The translations under genes were made by a program, and so were the position numbers. DNA of 8,978 nucleotides from Candidatus Thorarchaeota archaeon. GTDB lineage: Archaea > Asgardarchaeota > Heimdallarchaeia > Hodarchaeales > Hodarchaeaceae. The notes below the pieces were generated by a model that was given only the letters and a program-made list of their open reading frames with translations, made no database searches and was not told the origin of the DNA. Where the stretch lies: positions 1 through 8,978 of the forward strand of contig JBHLRO010000047.1 of NCBI GenBank assembly GCA_048882505.1. Direction: 5' to 3'. Positions 6,041 to 8,978 of this stretch are shown piece after piece; position 1 is the stretch's first letter, and the number at the start of each line of letters is the position of its first letter.

Positions 6041-7282
6041 ATGGTCGCTATGAGAAATGGGTTGGGCTATGACACGATTTGGGGAATTATTGGCATAATA
6101 GCGGGATTGTTTTGGATAGGATTCATTACTAATACCTTCTCGGGCTTTTCCGCGGTTATGACAGAGCAAATAGAAATCACCGTACTACTGATAAACGGGT
6201 TCTTTTCCCTGTTCATAATTTTTGGCATCGTTATGCTAATAGTCGATTATAGAAAACGAAAACAAGTAGGGTATGCTGTGTATTGGGGAAGGGTGTTAAG
6301 AACCTTCATTTCCTTTGAATCGGAACCTCGTCCCATTTCAAGGCAGGAGATTGGGTATTACAAAACACGAGAAGAACAGTATAGGGGAACAACCTTGGTG
6401 AAATATCGAAATGAATCCTATCACTTTGAAATTAGCTATCCTGAGGACTGGAGTGTCAATGAGGATGTTCCTGGAGCGGTGGTTATTTTCACCCCGTTTG
6501 AAAGATATCCAGCGGGTTTCGGGGAGAATTTTTCGATTGGTTTTACGGAACTAACTCAAGGGAAGACCTTAGATGAATATCAGGATGAAAATCTCGAAGT
6601 CTTGCAGGAAACATTGCCTGCGGCCGGGGTTCAGAAGTTCAAAATTCATGAAAAAACGTTGATAACGCTAGCAAATTCGTCTGCGGGAAAACTGGTCTAT
6701 TCAGGAAGCGTCCAACAGTTTAATATTACGTGGCTCGCAGTAATGCTATTAACTGATGAACACTTTATCGAAATTACTTTTACAACCGATTCAAAGCGCT
6801 TTAAACAACTAGAAAAGACATACAATAGCATTGTTGAGTCGTTCACGTTTTTTACGGAAACCCCAATTCACGATGAATTATTAGAAGAAAAAGAGTGGGA
6901 AGAGGATATCGAAATCCTGCTAAAATTCAGAGACTTTACATTTACTAATTCTATTGAACTAATGTACCAGGTCAATTCGACGGATCCAGTGTTGTTATTG
7001 GAGCAGATAAGAAGTGTCAGTAACTATTCGATTTTTGCCGCAGATTTCTCTGAACCAAATGCTGTGTTTGAGAATATCCAGGAACTTTCATTCGTTAACA
7101 TAGATCGAATGGGAGTGATTTCAATGGAAAATGTGTTCATTGGTGTATTTGTCACAGACAAAGGTGTTTTAACTATTATTGGAGGAGTTTTGACACCGAG
7201 TCAGCAGGCGGAGATCAGAGAATTGTTTACAAGAAAAGCCAAGAAATTTCATGACGTATTTTTCCCAGGAAAGCACGAATAA
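6041..7282 (+). CDS. Membrane protein: 2 N-terminal TM helices, PsbP-like (Mog1/PsbP fold) domain, uncharacterised C-terminal domain
   Basis: SD GGGGTGA 4 nt before ATG. Two hydrophobic helices. Central YRNESYHFEISYPEDW...TLDEY...ITL...LVYS...ITFTT...YNSIVESFTF follows the prokaryotic PsbP-related pattern. Confidence 0.8.
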   Translation: MVAMRNGLGYDTIWGIIGIIAGLFWIGFITNTFSGFSAVMTEQIEITVLLINGFFSLFIIFGIVMLIVDYRKRKQVGYAVYWGRVLRTFISFESEPRPISRQEIGYYKTREEQYRGTTLVKYRNESYHFEISYPEDWSVNEDVPGAVVIFTPFERYPAGFGENFSIGFTELTQGKTLDEYQDENLEVLQETLPAAGVQKFKIHEKTLITLANSSAGKLVYSGSVQQFNITWLAVMLLTDEHFIEITFTTDSKRFKQLEKTYNSIVESFTFFTETPIHDELLEEKEWEEDIEILLKFRDFTFTNSIELMYQVNSTDPVLLLEQIRSVSNYSIFAADFSEPNAVFENIQELSFVNIDRMGVISMENVFIGVFVTDKGVLTIIGGVLTPSQQAEIRELFTRKAKKFHDVFFPGKHE

Positions 7283-7370
7283 AACAAAGCTTGATGTGGA
7301 TTTACATGAAACCTGAAGTAATTCATGGTTATGACGAGTCCACGACCATTAAATCAACCTGCAAGAGGAT

Positions 7371-8327
7371 GTGATTCGGATCTATACTCGATTTACTGAG
7401 ACCATGAAGAATATACGCAAAGAACCAATGGAAGTAATGAGACGGGGAAATTTGCCTTCTAGAAAATGTATTAGGTTATATTTCATTCTTCTTTGCGTAT
7501 TAACAATTAGTGTGAGTCAAGTACAGGGGAAGGTGGTAGTAGAGCGGACTAATACTTACACCTGCGTAGCAGATGCGTATGTCGATTCAACAAATGCCAA
7601 TAGCAACTATGGGAGTGCCGATCTCAGAGTCTCATTCTGGACATTAACGTCATTGAATGTTTCTGAAATTTCTTTCTTGGCATTTTTTGTGACAGGACTC
7701 CCATCGGATGCCGTTATTTCTGCAGTAAAGCTTAGTATAAGTGTCAAATTCATGCCATACGATGATCATTCAAAAATGATTGAAGTGTATCAAACTGATT
7801 TATTTGATGAGACCACTCTCACCTGGGAGAATATGCCCTCCATTAATGAGGCAGATACCCTCTTTGTCGCTCGTGAACTTATTACTTCGGATAGTAGATG
7901 GGTGTTTACTCTATCTCAAGATGGTGCGGGAGAGTTCGAGGCACACACGGTAACGGGGAATGGCAATTTTTACTTCTTTTTGATGACAACAACCGACAAT
8001 TCGGCGGCGATTACGTTTGATTCTAGAGATGACTTTTTGAATCCTCCCAAATTGGATGTGACTTACACTTCTACAGCGGAGGGGGCTAATACTTCTCCTA
8101 CTACGGAAGGAAATGGAGATATACTCGTACTTATGATCATAGGGGTACCAATTCTGGCCATTATTGGCGGCACAATCTATTCAAGAAGGAAAAGGAAGAG
8201 ACAAACTGAAACGTTGAGTCGGCAACCCATCTTTGTCAGCCCGAAAACGGGATATTGTACTAAGTGTGGGCACCCAATGAGGCCCAATGCCATCTTTTGT
8301 GAAAATTGTGGCACGAGGAAAGAATAA
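7371..8327 (+). CDS. Type-I membrane protein: signal peptide, DNRLRE/CBM96-like extracellular domain, TM, basic cluster, C-terminal zinc ribbon
   Basis: ADAYVDS...NYGS, LPSDAVISAVKL, DETTLTWENMP and FDSRD...PKLDVTY follow the DNRLRE/CBM96 pattern. Thr/Ser linker, TM ILVLMIIGVPILAIIGGTIY, SRRKRKR, CTKC-x10-CENC. True start is probably ATG 7428 or 7437. Confidence 0.85.
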   Translation: MIRIYTRFTETMKNIRKEPMEVMRRGNLPSRKCIRLYFILLCVLTISVSQVQGKVVVERTNTYTCVADAYVDSTNANSNYGSADLRVSFWTLTSLNVSEISFLAFFVTGLPSDAVISAVKLSISVKFMPYDDHSKMIEVYQTDLFDETTLTWENMPSINEADTLFVARELITSDSRWVFTLSQDGAGEFEAHTVTGNGNFYFFLMTTTDNSAAITFDSRDDFLNPPKLDVTYTSTAEGANTSPTTEGNGDILVLMIIGVPILAIIGGTIYSRRKRKRQTETLSRQPIFVSPKTGYCTKCGHPMRPNAIFCENCGTRKE

Positions 8328-8363
8328 AACTGATGCTGACAAATTAAAACCATCCAGATAGAG

Positions 8364-8460
8364 GACGAGTAGTTCGATCGTCAGATAGGATTAGGAGGCA
8401 AAAGACGAACAGATGAGGAAAATCAGTGGAAATGGAGCGATCTGATGTCTGGCTACGTCG
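8364..8460 (+). repeat. Copy E4 of the 4-copy element (best-paired copy)
   Basis: ACGAGTAGTTCGATCGTCAGATAGGATTAGGA ... GGAGCGATCTGATGTCTGGCTACGTCG. Block spacing 64 nt. Inner helix 8379-8386/8440-8447 and outer helix GTAGTT/GGCTAC. Confidence 0.9.
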
Positions 8461-8501
8461 TTACAGCGAGTGTTGGATAGGAGAGTTGGGTAGGATTTAA
8501 G

Positions 8502-8831
8502 GTGAATGCGCACGAAAAAATCTCAGACTGGGTAGGGCTTAAAGTGCTTATTGGCCTCATGCTGTTTTTTATCGGATTGGTAAACTTCCTCATGATGCCT
8601 GTGCACATAATAACGAAAATTTGGGTGTTAGGGCTGCTGGTGATGATTTTAGGTGGGAACCTGCTGCTAAAACATACGCCCTCCTTACTGATAGGCCAAA
8701 GAGGGATAGCTGCGTCGGGAGTCCCTAGAATCTGTCCGGAATGTCAATTTGCCAATCGAAGTGATAGTGTCAGGTGTAACAATTGTGGAACAGCGCTTCC
8801 TCCAGACGAACAGGACTATGGGGGAGGGTAA
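8502..8831 (+). CDS. Small membrane protein with C-terminal zinc ribbon (paralog C)
   Basis: Two hydrophobic segments, CPEC-x10-CNNC. Clear similarity to 525..889 and weaker similarity to 5420..5758. GTG start after GGTAGGATT. Confidence 0.82.
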   Translation: MNAHEKISDWVGLKVLIGLMLFFIGLVNFLMMPVHIITKIWVLGLLVMILGGNLLLKHTPSLLIGQRGIAASGVPRICPECQFANRSDSVRCNNCGTALPPDEQDYGGG

Positions 8832-8861
8832 TCAGTCTGTGAATTGCAAGCTGGTGATTGA

Positions 8862-8978
8862 ATGCTGAGCAGGACAAGGAATAAGGGAACCGTAATCCTG
8901 GTGGCCCTGGTTACTGGAGTCCTTACCATCTATACGTGGCTGGCCATGGATACGATGTCTTTTGTGTGGGTGGATGAG
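8862..8978 (+). CDS. Partial ORF (N-terminus of a membrane or secreted protein), runs off the window
   Basis: GGTGA SD then ATG 8862. Reads MLSRTRNKGTVILVALVTGVLTIYTWLAMDTMSFVWVDE, open to the end, with a basic N-terminus and hydrophobic helix. Not in the ORF track (39 codons). Confidence 0.65.
   Translation, partial: MLSRTRNKGTVILVALVTGVLTIYTWLAMDTMSFVWVDE

Noticed and set aside
5613-6169. ORFs 5613..5885 and 5951..6169
   Set aside because: Alternate-frame overlap of paralog B and E3, and antisense shadow of 6041..7282.
8423-8437. TCAGTGGAAATGGAG as an Orc1/Cdc6 ORB box
   Set aside because: Present in one copy only, in the variable region; no G-string, no AT-rich unwinding element and no cdc6 gene.
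390-8460. Element as CRISPR repeats
   Set aside because: Copies are 0.5-5 kb apart with genes between them, the 37-42 nt middle is flanked by two different blocks, and no cas genes are visible.
390-8460. Element as canonical integron attC sites
   Set aside because: An imperfect hairpin with bulges is reminiscent, but RYYYAAC/GTTRRRY R boxes are not conserved (AAC...GTT only in E1), most genes are not followed by a copy, and no integrase is in the window. A non-canonical recombination role remains open.
8328-8460. Element as SECIS or pyrrolysine-recoding signal
   Set aside because: No neighbouring gene shows an in-frame TGA or TAG followed by continued homology, and no SECIS-type GA quartet is conserved.
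8364-8460. Minus-strand coding of the element (QTSDRS...LLILSDD)
   Set aside because: In E3 and E4 the frame is bounded upstream by a stop with no start codon, E2 is frameshifted, and no SD is present.
525-8831. Paralogs as diversity-generating retroelement template/variable repeats
   Set aside because: Differences are not adenine-specific, divergence is gene-wide, and no reverse transcriptase is present.

Overview
Archaeal-looking accessory region (GGTGA/GGAG ribosome-binding sites, oligo-T terminators, TTTATAA box, archaeal-type ArsR protein; an Asgard-like host is inference only). Minus strand: a three-gene operon of ArsR-family winged-HTH regulator, ABC-2 permease with an extra N-terminal membrane/extracellular module, and ABC ATPase. 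Plus strand: an orphan secreted protein, a 2TM + PsbP-like protein, a DNRLRE/CBM96-like type-I membrane protein with a C-terminal zinc ribbon, three paralogous small membrane proteins with a C-x2-C-x10-C-x2-C zinc ribbon (one frameshifted), and a partial ORF at the right edge. The main unexplained feature is a ~95-bp non-coding element in four copies (E1 ~390-493, E2 ~5277-5379, E3 ~5774-5870, E4 ~8364-8460). It has two conserved blocks at near-fixed spacing that pair into an 8-bp helix with a covarying pair and + strand G.U pairs, around a variable purine-rich loop. Three copies sit 50-60 nt upstream of the zinc-ribbon paralogs, which all appear to use non-ATG starts. This looks like a duplicated 'structured leader + membrane zinc-ribbon gene' module. 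No function is established.
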